Below are positions 30,394 to 40,753 of a DNA stretch of 64,000 bases, one piece after another. A program made the position numbers and the translations under genes. The stretch spans positions 289,208 through 353,207 of the forward strand of contig NW_027192215.1 of assembly GCF_041956535.1 (NCBI RefSeq). Reading direction: 5' to 3'. The notes below the pieces were generated by a model, which ran no database searches, had not been told where the DNA came from, and saw only the letters and a list, made by a program, of their open reading frames with translations. Source of the stretch: Calcarisporiella thermophila CBS 279.70 (lineage: Eukaryota > Fungi > Calcarisporiellomycota). How positions within the stretch are numbered: the first letter of the stretch is position 1; each line of letters begins with the position of its first letter.

Positions 30394-30925
30394 ATGAAAT
30401 TTGGATATCTGAAGAAGAATTGGCAAATAAGTTCGCTTTAATTGTATGCACTGCGCTCATTCTGTGTTAGTTTCCTCGCTACATTCAGCCTCAGGCTAGG
30501 TGTAGTACCAAACTTAGTTTTTGGACTGGCCTTTTTGATACTTTCTACCGATACATCATTTATGCGGCAGATGATTTCCACGATGAAATCATGCCAAACA
30601 ACAACCGGCTCGGTCGGATTATTGCGTAGTCTTTTTTATTATTCATGTAGTTTCCATTGCTCACTGTGATTATTATTTTCAACTTATAGATTTCAGCTTC
30701 CGCATGAAGTTCAGCTAACCTTATGGAGTATCACACAAAAATAGGAAAAGGCATAAAAGGAGAGAAGAATAGGGAGGGTCTTGTTATGAAGGCTGTGCTC
30801 CGATTCCTGGGATATCCGCTGGTACTCTATTTGCTTGCCAGCAGAATGCATGATACATTATTTAATCTTAACTATTTCTCGTAGCAAATTTTGGCGATGC
30901 CACAGGAAATGCGAAGACAATAATA
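30394..30925 (+). pseudogene. Heavily decayed subfamily-B GPCR remnant
   Basis: Frameshifted fragments match paralogues: ATGAAATTT..gaattggc, cagcctcaggct, cttagtttttggactgg, ggagagaagaatagg, ctgggatatccgctggtact, ccagcagaatgcatgatacattat, ggcgatgccacaggaaatgcgaag. Confidence 0.8.
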
Positions 30926-31579
30926 CTACACGCGATGTAGAATGATGAGAAAATAGGCAGTGTGCTTTGATGATTAAGGCATGATTGGTATCAATCTAGA
31001 TGAGTTCCATTTTCAAAAAAAACATATTCCTGATATTGCTTAATATCATCTGAGATTTTCGCAAATACGATTTTTTTAGCCTGTATGTAGAATTTTTATA
31101 TACTAGATTCGTTATCTCCTGTGTTAATTATTTTCTATTAATGTAAGACACAATATAACAGGAACAAAGCTAGATGCCCAACCTCACGATCTCTCCCAAA
31201 TCTGAAGAATATGGATATTTAAGTGCCATCATATACTGAATATTTTTCTTAATACTATATCTAAAACAATAATAGATCTTTGAACGACCTTATAATTAGC
31301 TTATCTTGTAAATATTCTGTACATTTTAACGATAATTTTGTTCTATTAGCTATGTATACAGAGTATATTCCATGAAATTTTTATTATTATACCAGCAATT
31401 AGATTAAATTCATTTTTATATTTATAGGAAGTATATCTAAAGAAGATATACTTAAAATTTTCAAGCAATTGTACTTCAAAATATACTCTTTAAAGCTATT
31501 TAGGATCCAGAAAATAAAACTTCAAAGAATGTAGATAAGACTATGTACAATATGATCAAGCTTCCGCGGTATCCAATGC

Positions 31580-31595
31580 TTTGTCCTTGAGAAAA
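31580..31595 (+). promoter_or_regulatory. Conserved upstream element TTTGTCCTTGAGAAAA (copy 3)
   Basis: Exact match, 175 nt before ATG 31770, followed by TATATAA near 31631. Confidence 0.65.
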
Positions 31596-31769
31596 GACAA
31601 CTTTAAATCACCATCAAACTTTAAAATTTATATATAAGAAGATTAGATGGATTTGTGTTTGCGAAATCAAAACCTATCCAGTATACGTTAAAAAAGTAAT
31701 CAAATATTATCAAGATGAATATATAGCATCTATTCGGAAAAATAATGTACTAATTGAATGTATTCACAG

Positions 31770-32998
31770 ATGAACTTTGCCATTACAGATGGAGAATTGG
31801 CGATTAATTTCGCGTCAGTATTTTGTGGTGCACTCATAATGATACTCGTCGTTTTCCTTCGGTACACACAGCCTCAGGCCACGCGTAGCATTTCTTTCAA
31901 ACTAAGCTTTTGGATTGGTCTTTCCGATGCTCTCTACCGCAGCTTCTATATTATATACGTGGCAAATGATTTTGTCGATGCTGTTATGCCAAACAATCTC
32001 TGGCTGGGTCGAATTATTTTTTGGTCTTTTCATTTCTTTCCTATATGGTTTTCACTACTCACCGTGAGCATTGCTTTTGACTTGCAACTCTCCACATTCC
32101 AAAACAAACTCACCGTACAAAGGTATCAAAAGTGGTATCTCCCTGTATCCACCTTAGTTGCATTCGGACTATGCTCCCCAACGTTATTCTATGGAGGTAT
32201 GGGATATGATCCAAAGCAGGTAAGTTTTATCTTTTTATAATAGTTTGCAATTTTCGGCAATTTACTCGCTATTTTATATATTTATTGCAGCATAGAGGTA
32301 TCCTTGATTGGCCTTATGAAGCCAATCTTATCAGAGTAGTAGTTTTTATTACTGTTATCTCTCTCTGCCTCTTGTATTCCTTCACGATCATTTTCTTCTG
32401 CGCGATTAAGGTTTTCTCTATGGTATTCCGCGTAAGAAGGGAAAAGGACCTCCACGGAGAGAAGAATCGTCTAAGAGAGCGCCTTATGATAATGTCTGTT
32501 CTACGACTACTAGGATATCCGGCTGTACTTATTTTATGCATGCCTGCTGAGTGTATAATGCATTATTTGATAATTACCAACACTCGCAATACATCTTTCG
32601 GAGACTCCACAGGAAAAGCGAAGGCAATTCTGACCGGAATGATCGGCATCCTCAATCTGATCATATTTTTATTCAACCCAGCTTTCTCAGGAGCCCTTAG
32701 TAATTTCAAAATATTCAAAGATGTTGAATATATGAAATATTGGAATCGGACCGCTGCCTACACAGATTATGCCAAGAAGTATCCGCATTTGCAACAAATT
32801 GCTGAAAATGCACAGGCAGATGCCAAAGCGAGTGCAAATATAAACAAATTGGACACTGGGAAATCGGATGAGCCAGAGATTTCTCGAGTGCAAGAACAAA
32901 AGATCCTACCAAATCAACACTTACTTGACGCAAAAAGAAAAGAAGATCGTATTCTTATACCCTTTTCGAGCGGGATTAGCGACTTTTCTACTCGTTAA
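31770..32998 (+). CDS. Subfamily-B 7-TM GPCR-like receptor without methyltransferase domain
   Basis: Two exons (31770-32219, 32291-32998). 7TM region nearly identical to the 27367 copy, but after FLFNP it continues AFSGALSNFKIFK into an unrelated tail and stops; no MTase exons downstream. Confidence 0.85.
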
Positions 32999-33736
32999 TA
33001 TACCTTACATGCTTTAATGCTTTCTTTTCCTCATCTTAAATGTATCTTCTTGATTTTGATTATTAATTGTTTTTTATAATTGAGTTAATGCTTAAGGAAC
33101 TACTACATATTTGTCAACGATATTAATCAATATACTTCACTATTTAGTCGTTTTTAATTTATGGTTAGCAACTAGGAATTAATTAGTCTAACAATTTCTT
33201 AATCAGAATTATACACAGATACTAAACATTTATTTAAATGGGTAGTAACAAATGGGCGAAGATTAGTAAGTAAATGGATCTTTTATAGATATCTGTAAGC
33301 ACTTTCTTTGCATATGCCCATCTAAGCTAGTTTTCGTCTATCATTTTCTGATTTCTTGATTTTATACTTCTATTTATATATTTATTCTCGTGATATTCTG
33401 AAATGATATTTATTTCACTAAAGACATATTTCGATTAATGTTGATTTATAACAGAGCTATTTTTCGTAACTAAAGTTTTTCTGTGTAATAATATGGTAAA
33501 AAAAATATTTAAATTAGAAATGGTAGTATTTCTCATCATTTACGGATATCATAACTATTTCGTGGTGGTTTAGCAATATTTGAAAATATTATTAACCCTC
33601 ACTGGTACTTGGCCTAGTTCATGCGATTTATTTTATATCATTCTAAATAATTTAACAAATGTAGTTTGGTGCATTTGTGGCTAAATGAGGTATTTGGAAA
33701 ACTACCGTAACCCAAAACCTTGTGCGGTTTATAGAG

Positions 33737-33752
33737 CTTGTCCTTGCGAATT
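33737..33752 (+). promoter_or_regulatory. Conserved upstream element variant CTTGTCCTTGCGAATT (copy 4)
   Basis: 160 nt before ATG 33912, followed by TATATAA near 33771. Confidence 0.55.
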
Positions 33753-33911
33753 ATAACTTTGTAATGGCAATATATAAGAGATCAAATGCATCTGCTTGCG
33801 TTGACAAGCACAAGATCTCCTATCACTTTTACTCCACTAGTAAGCAAAAATATTTTACAGGTTAATTTAAAAATATAGTCCGAGTAAACTCTGATTTGCA
33901 GCAGCTAAAAG

Positions 33912-36381
33912 ATGAAATTTGCAATATCGAAAGGAGAGCTTGCCATTAATTTTGCCTCGATCGTATGTGCTACACTCATTATGGGACTTGTAGTTTTCCT
34001 TCGGTACACTCAACCACAGGCTACACGCAGTATTTCTTTCCGACTTAGTTTCTGGATTGGACTTGCTGATGCTCTCTACAGAAGTTTTTATATCATATAT
34101 GTGGCAAGCGAATTTATCGACTCTGTCATACCCACCAATATCTGGCTCGGTCGGATTACTGCTTGGTCATTTTATTTTTTTCCTATGTGGTTCTCTTTGC
34201 TTACAATGAGTATTGCATTTGATCTGCAACTTTCCGTATTTCACAAACACCTCAAAATACAGAGTTTTCAAAAGTGGTATTTAGCATTTGCAACTTCAGT
34301 CGCCTTCGGCTTATCCTCACCTGTGCTATTCTATGGGTCCATGACATACGATCCGAACCTGGTCAGCTTACTTCTGATATCACTCCGCTGTTTCGAAATA
34401 TTAACTTCATATAATTTCAAATAGAAAAGAGTAATTTACGAGTGGCCATATGAAGCCAATCTTGCCAGAGTAGCGGTATTCATCGCTGTCGTCTCTATCT
34501 GCATATTGTATTCCTTTTCGATCATTTTTGCATTTGTGCTTAAGGTTTTCATCATGGTATATCGCTCAAGGAGAGAAAAAGACCAACAAAGAGAGCGAGA
34601 CCGAATCAGAGAACGCCTTGTTATGATGTCTGTGCTGCGACTCCTAGGATACCCAGTAGTACTCATCTTGTGTTTGCCAGCTGAATGTATAATGCAATAT
34701 TTGATCTTTACCAATTCTCGCAACACACCATTTGGCGATACCACAGGAAGAGTGAAGGCAATCCTGACTGGAATGATCGGTATCTTCAACCTGATCATAT
34801 TTTTCTTTAACCCTTCTTTTTCAAGTGCCATCAGCGAACTTTTCAAGAAATCAACATGTCCGCAGTCTAAATCGCGAAGCATCTCATATGCATCTACTAA
34901 GTTGGATGGAGGAGACACCATTTTGCCTCATTTTGAATCCTGGATATGGAAAAATTCAAATAGAAATTCGACACCATCAGATGCAGTACTGTCTGCAGCT
35001 CGCTTCAAAAAAGTTAAATTTGCACAGGATTTGCGAGAGATAAAAGGCCAGATAGAACAAGTTACTAGCGCCCAATTGCAGCGAAATTCTACCTCAGCAA
35101 GCACAAATGCTCAGTGTCGACTAGTGTTTTCACCATCAGAGGTACCAGGATCGCACATAAATGACAATGGATACAATTGGGTAATGAGAAGGCGATTCTG
35201 TGCTGACTCAGGTTTTTATACCTATTCACATCGTCTTAGAAAATGCAATCACTGACTTGTACATCTCACAGAGATTCACTATATTTTACCAAACGATGAG
35301 GAGGAGATGAATCGGTTAATCAGTCAGCACTATTTCTTCCGGTATAGTATTTTGTAATAGTGCATATCATGAAGCATTTACTTGATATGCTTCACTATTA
35401 GATCTCTATTTTCCAATCGCAATTTCCTCTCTCCGGTTCAGGATGTCCTGAGAGATGGAGCAATGGTTCTGGATATAGGGTAAGTGTGCATTTTTAGGTG
35501 TACTTTAGTTATTTCTCCTCAGCATTCCTCTGATGTGGAAAGGTGTGGGCCAGGTACTTGGACTATGGAAATGGCTACAGAATACCCGAGAAGCCAGTTT
35601 CATGGCATCGACATATGTGATATGTTCCCACAACAAATCAAACCAGTTAACTGCCACTTTCAGATTGCGAACATACTAAAGAAGCTTTCATTTGATGATG
35701 CATCGTTTGACTTTATATACATCCGATGTATGAGCTTAGGAGTATTCCAGAGCGAATGGGTGGAGGTGATTGCAGACGTGCTCCGAATCATAAAACCTGG
35801 AGGATACATAGAATTTGTCGAAGCAGGTATTAATGCCCTAGATAATTGCAAATCGAATGAAAACCTTACTAATATATCACTTCGATTAATGTAGATTATG
35901 CGATCAAATGTGACGGTAAAGCACTCCGAAAAATCACGGATGGAAGTAAGTATATAGGTTTCCTTTTGGCTCAGCTTATTTGAATGATACTAAGGGTTTC
36001 TTAATTTTCATCACAGTTTACAACACATTACGTGCACGAGACATTCACCCGTCATGGACGCGTAGAATTGGCGAATACCTGAAATACATTGGTGTTGAAG
36101 ATGTAAATGCTTTGTCCCTGCAATTTCCAGTTAGTAGGCTATCAAGAGAAGATGGGGGCAGTGGAGTGGAATATTGGATGCAATTCCTGAGTGCAATGAG
36201 GCCACATCTTGCTCAAGTGATGTATATTAGTCCCGAAGAATACGACGATCTACAACAAAACGTCTATCAGGAATTGAGTGCAGAGCGCTTTAACATTGAT
36301 GTAGTTTGTACATATGGTCGAAAACCATTTAATATAACCCATGAAGTGGAGGATAGGCAAGTCGAAGTGCATCATAAATGA
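33912..36381 (+). CDS. GPCR-SAM-dependent methyltransferase fusion protein, intact copy 1 (694 aa)
   Basis: Exons 33912-34361, 34425-35211, 35272-35341, 35402-35479, 35543-35826, 35895-35945, 36017-36381 total 2085 nt in one open frame, all introns GT-AG. 7TM, then linker, then RRRFCADSEIHYILPNDEEEMNRLISQH..VLDIGCGPGTW..FHGIDI..FDFIYIR..KPGGYIEFVE. Confidence 0.88.
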
Positions 36382-36525
36382 TTAATCGTGAGTTAAATCA
36401 GATAGATACCATTTGAAAAAAAAAGGATGTGTAATATCAGACTTATATTACCCGTGTATAAGGCAAAAGTCGTAGGATTTTAAAAGAAACGTTCTTTTTT
36501 TATTTGGTACAGTAATTCCATCAAG

Positions 36526-37300
36526 TTATATTTTGATTAATATTATAGTTTTGACATAAAGTGCGTTCTGGCTCAAAATGTCGGAAAAAAAGTCATAACA
36601 TTCCTTCTTTTTGCTTTCGACGCATACCTCACACATATCGGTATTCTTGCACGCTTTCTTAAAGTTTTTCGGAATTATAGAATAAAATTTTTGATATGGA
36701 GATCTTGAAATCAAATTAGAAATTTTAAATCATTTGAATTTTCAGCTTTGTATCGTTCATATACCGAACCTGGATATATCTCTCACCATCATACCCTTTG
36801 TCAGTTTCTTCTTCTATTACATCACCTCTTTTCCTTTTCAAAACTTTATCTGTTGCAATCCGAGATGACTCCATAAGAAAATCCAAAACAGCTTTGGGCA
36901 TTAAAAAGCCAGGTACAATTAAGAATAAGCAAAGGTTCTAATAGGAATTTTTTGAAGGAATATTCACCTGGTTCACGCTTCATTGCTCAGTTTGTTTCTA
37001 GAGAGGGAGTTGTACCATTCTGTTTATTCGACTGTCCCCCATTCAATCGTGTGCCGTCTATATTTAATATATAATAGCAAATTAGTAGAAAGTAAATAAT
37101 GGTTTGTAACTAGACATTAGCTTATGAGGTAAGCGATACATATTTCGATTTAACTACTCGAGCAGTACGTGATTTGTTATTATCAAACCTAAAGCCCAGC
37201 CGCCTTAGAAATTCCCGTGGAAACCCCTCAGAAACTAAGAAAACAGCTGTTTCTTTGCTCATGTCTTTCACCTCTCTGTAGGACGGTAAGTTGACTTAGG
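36526..37300 (-). mobile_element. Possible decayed transposase-like remnant
   Basis: Broken minus-strand peptides unrelated to the array (EGFPREFLRRLGFRF; VLDFLMESSRIATDK..YIQVRYMNDTK; KFYSIIPKNFKKACKNTDMCEVC). The last resembles the K..D.CxxC motif of some DNA-transposon proteins. No TIRs or DDE triad identified. Confidence 0.35.
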
Positions 37301-37832
37301 GTATGAAGATAAGAATTATCTGTATGTTTTAGCAAATGAGCATATAATGCATCCCATCTCTGAAATGAAAAGTGAATTGAGTAATGCTGTCCAATTGCTC
37401 TTTGTAAGCAAGAAAAGATAAAGCATCTTTTAAAATCGCCTTGCCATTTTTCCGTTTAACATTTGGCAAGAAATGGGTCCCTAACTATGAAATAAAACGG
37501 GAAATGGAAGTCGAAAGAGTTGCAATAATTTGATGACGAGAAGTTGAAGAACGCAAAACAAAAGTATTCTAGAATTATTTCTCTAGTAATCAAATTTATA
37601 AAAGATATATCAACAGTTGCAGATACTTCTGATACACTGATTTTTCTATTTCTAAATCCAGTATATCTGCTCAGACTTGGAGTCACCTTTTAAATTTCAA
37701 AAGGGTGAATATTTTGTTAGCAAGCATTTCAAAAATCGAACCTGAATAGCCCAAATTAAATTTGACTCGGAGTACTTGTGACTAAAATATCTATGACTTT
37801 TATTACCCTTAAGCTTTCACGGTATATAGAGC

Positions 37833-37848
37833 TTTGTCCTTGAGAAAA
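37833..37848 (+). promoter_or_regulatory. Orphan copy of upstream element TTTGTCCTTGAGAAAA (copy 5)
   Basis: Exact match with flanks (agagc..., ...aactc.ataatggc) like the copy at 40754, but no plus-strand gene follows. Confidence 0.6.
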
Positions 37849-37927
37849 GTTAACTCTATAATGGCAGTAAAAAAGAGGATCAGAACACCCCCATTAACAT
37901 TTTAATATTTTCTAATAGGACACTGCC

Positions 37928-39097
37928 TCATAAAAACTTTAAGTTGTATCCGTCTGAGTAACAAGTATTGGGGGTGTTCACGCTTCCGCTGACCCTTCTA
38001 ACTCGAGCTGTAGACAGCACATTATCTGTTAGAGCCGACTTGCTCTTTAAATTATTCCATATCCATGGTTTTGTCTGAAGTATGGTATCTCCTTCATCCA
38101 ACCTGGTGGATGCATATGAGATACTTCGCGATTTTGACTGCGAATATGTTGTTTTCTTTAAAAACTCGCTGATAGCATTTGAAAAAGACGGATTAAACAA
38201 AAATATGATGAAATTGAAGACGCCTAACATTCCAGTCAAGATTGCCTTCACTTTCCCAGTAGCATTGCCCAAAGGTGTATTACGAGTGATGGTGAAATTT
38301 ACATAATGAATTATGCACTCGGCTGGCATACACAATATGAGCACTACTGGATATCCTAGTAGTCGCAGCACGGACATTATCATAAGCCGTTCTCTGAGGC
38401 GGTTCTTTTCTCCGTGGATATCTTTTTCTTTCTTCACGCGAAATACCATACTAAAAACCTTAATCACGCAAGCAAAAATGATCGTGAAGGAGTATAAAAC
38501 ACATCCAGAGATTACGCCAATGAACACCACCACTCTGGCAAGATTGGCTTCATATGGCCATTCATACGTGACTCTTTGCTATTATGTTAATAGTGTTGCT
38601 GGAATTAATATACAGAATATTAAATTTTATATCTAAGGAAAACTCGCATGTTTCGAATCGTATATCATAGTCGCATAGAAAAGAATAGGGGACGACAAAC
38701 CGAATGAGACCGTTGTTGCAAATAAAAGGTACCATTTCTGGTACTTTTGTATAGTGATTTTATGGTGAAAGACAGAAAGTTGCAGGTCAAAAGCAATGCT
38801 CACTGTAAGCAGCGAGAACCACATTGGGAAAAAGTAAAATGACCATACAAGAATTCGACCTAGCCAAATGTTATTAGGAATGACTGCATCCAGAAAATCT
38901 AGCTCTGTGTACATGATATAAAAACTCCGGTACAGAACATCAGAGAGACCAATCCAGAAGCTGAGTCTAAAGGAAACACTACGTGTGGCCTGAGGCTGTG
39001 TGAAGCGAAGAAAAGCCACAAGGATCATTATGAGAGTAGCGCAAACAATCGAGGCAAAGTTAATGGCTAGTTCACCATCGGGAATGTCGAATTTCAT
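37928..39097 (-). CDS. Inverted subfamily-B GPCR-like receptor, truncated within the fusion linker
   Basis: Two exons (about 39097-38648 and 38578-37928). Full 7TM plus linker QSKSRSISYASTRLD..WIWN..ARVRRV, then unrelated sequence and a stop; no MTase follows. Confidence 0.8.
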
Positions 39098-39260
39098 TTC
39101 CAAATACCTGTTAATAATACTTTACAAAATAATTGGTTTCATTGTTTCATGTTCTAATAATTTTGGGCTTACTTGTTTAATGAATGCAAAGATTGAAAAT
39201 GTTCTAAGCAGTTAAACTGATCAGCCTGTCTAGTTTTATACAGGCATTATTAAGGTTTAT

Positions 39261-39276
39261 TTTTCTCAAGGACAAA
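39261..39276 (-). promoter_or_regulatory. Conserved upstream element (copy 6, minus strand)
   Basis: TTTTCTCAAGGACAAA is the reverse complement of the motif, 164 nt upstream of ATG 39097. Confidence 0.65.
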
Positions 39277-39739
39277 ATACTTTATACCACTGAATCTTGT
39301 AGGTTTAATAAGGTTACCAAATTAAGCAAAGTATTGATTTGAAAATGGACAGTTTTGGTCTATATATTGTAAAGACGAATCATATATATTTAACATATCT
39401 TCAGAGAAACTATCTAAATTTTATTATTCTAATGAGTAGATATAGGATAATAATTTAAATATTTTTCAAATTATCCACTACATAATAAATAAGGGCCTTC
39501 ATCCTCAACCATTTGACCATTGTTAAACAGTAATCAGTCAGATGTACAAACTAATCTACGTGGGTTCAAATCCTACTTTCCCTATCAACGCTCACTCCTC
39601 AGTTATGGCCACTGCTCACTTAATCATTTGTGAGATTTTATTACTGGAAAGATTGCTCCTACATTGATTACATCGATTTCACCTACACGTTATTCACGGG
39701 CAACATCGATACTTATCAATCAAGATCTAGTGCCTTAAG

Positions 39740-40010
39740 AATTTGTTTATTATTACAATTAAGTGCTGAAATTATAAAATAAAATTAAAAAGTAAACATT
39801 ATACATTGAAGGTGATTAATAAAATTGTTAGTTATATAACATTCACATATGTTCTACTTTGAACCCAACCGGCATATCCTATTCTATCCCGATTATACTC
39901 TATCTGCTCATTGCCTTCCCTTACCAGGTTTATCTTAAATGGTTTCCGGCCATAGGTACTCACTACATCAATGCGGATACTCTCAGTACTTTATTCTCAA
40001 TAAATATAAA
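39740..40010 (-). pseudogene. Inverted fragment: 3' end of methyltransferase last exon plus 3' flank
   Basis: Minus strand reads STESIRIDVVSTYGRKPFKINLVREGNEQIE, matching SADNIRIDVVSTYGWKPFKIIQVREDDEQID at 29717-29810; the downstream non-coding sequence resembles 29830-29960. Confidence 0.85.
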
Positions 40011-40019
40011 TTTTTCCAC

Positions 40020-40331
40020 CAAATTACTGATGGAAGTCGGTATATGACCTTTTCCACCACTTGTTTGAATGTTACCAAGAGGGTCTTATTTTTCATCACA
40101 GTTCACAACACATTACATGCACGTGACATTAACCCATCATGGACGTGTAGAATTGGCGAATATCTGAGGTTCATCGGTGCTGAAGATGTAAATTCTCTCT
40201 CCCTGACATTTCCGTTTAATGGGCTATCTGGAGAAGATGAGAAGCTTGGAATGGATTATTGGATGCAATTTCTGAGTGCAATGAGGCCGCATCTTACTCA
40301 AGTGATGTATATCCGTCCCGAAGAATATGAC
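40020..40331 (+). pseudogene. Methyltransferase fragment (end of exon 6, intron, first part of exon 7)
   Basis: ITDG, intron, then HNTLHARDINPSWTCRIGEYLRFIG..YWMQFLSAMRPHLTQVMYIRPEEYD; homology then ends abruptly. Confidence 0.88.
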
Positions 40332-40753
40332 TATCCTATTAATTAGAGCCTATGTTGGCTCTAGGGGGTTCAAGAGCTGTAGAAAAAGGCCACCAACATA
40401 ACCTGGTGTACTTTAAGATAGGTTAGCAACTCTATATTACACTATTGGGAGAAGGGAAAATTTTGCATTGGGCTTCCTTTTGGAAGCCTCAAGAATAAAA
40501 AAGGAGTATTCATTGCATCAAAAATGAATGTATAGAATGTATATTGGTAGAGTTATTAGCTCTCAAAAAAAAAAAGGACATATTATACTACCTATTTTTC
40601 TGGACCAATCAAACTTCGTAATCCTTATTTCCGGATATATTACTGTATGTCTGATTCATCTTGGAATCTCCCAAATTATAATCAAGTATCTAGTACATAT
40701 AAAGGAAGTGTGACTTTAAAGTCTAAGTGTAACGAAGTTTTGAGATACAGAGC

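Noticed and set aside
34750-34760. Conserved TM7 lysine in subfamily B as an opsin-like retinal attachment site
   Set aside because: It lies at the extracellular start of TM7 and aligns with E/D in subfamily A. No type-1 (DxxxK) or type-2 opsin motifs are present. Kept only as a pocket charge change.
35484-36381. Treating the methyltransferase ORFs (28982, 35484, 42591 etc.) as separate genes downstream of the receptors
   Set aside because: Their conserved N-terminal motif starts inside the receptor's exon 2. Only a ~60-nt GT-AG intron separates the parts, leaving no room for a terminator and promoter, and the splice phase fits in all copies.
39492-39584. A functional tRNA gene
   Set aside because: The 5' acceptor strand and anticodon arm matching the T-arm are missing, and the two fragments are on opposite strands.
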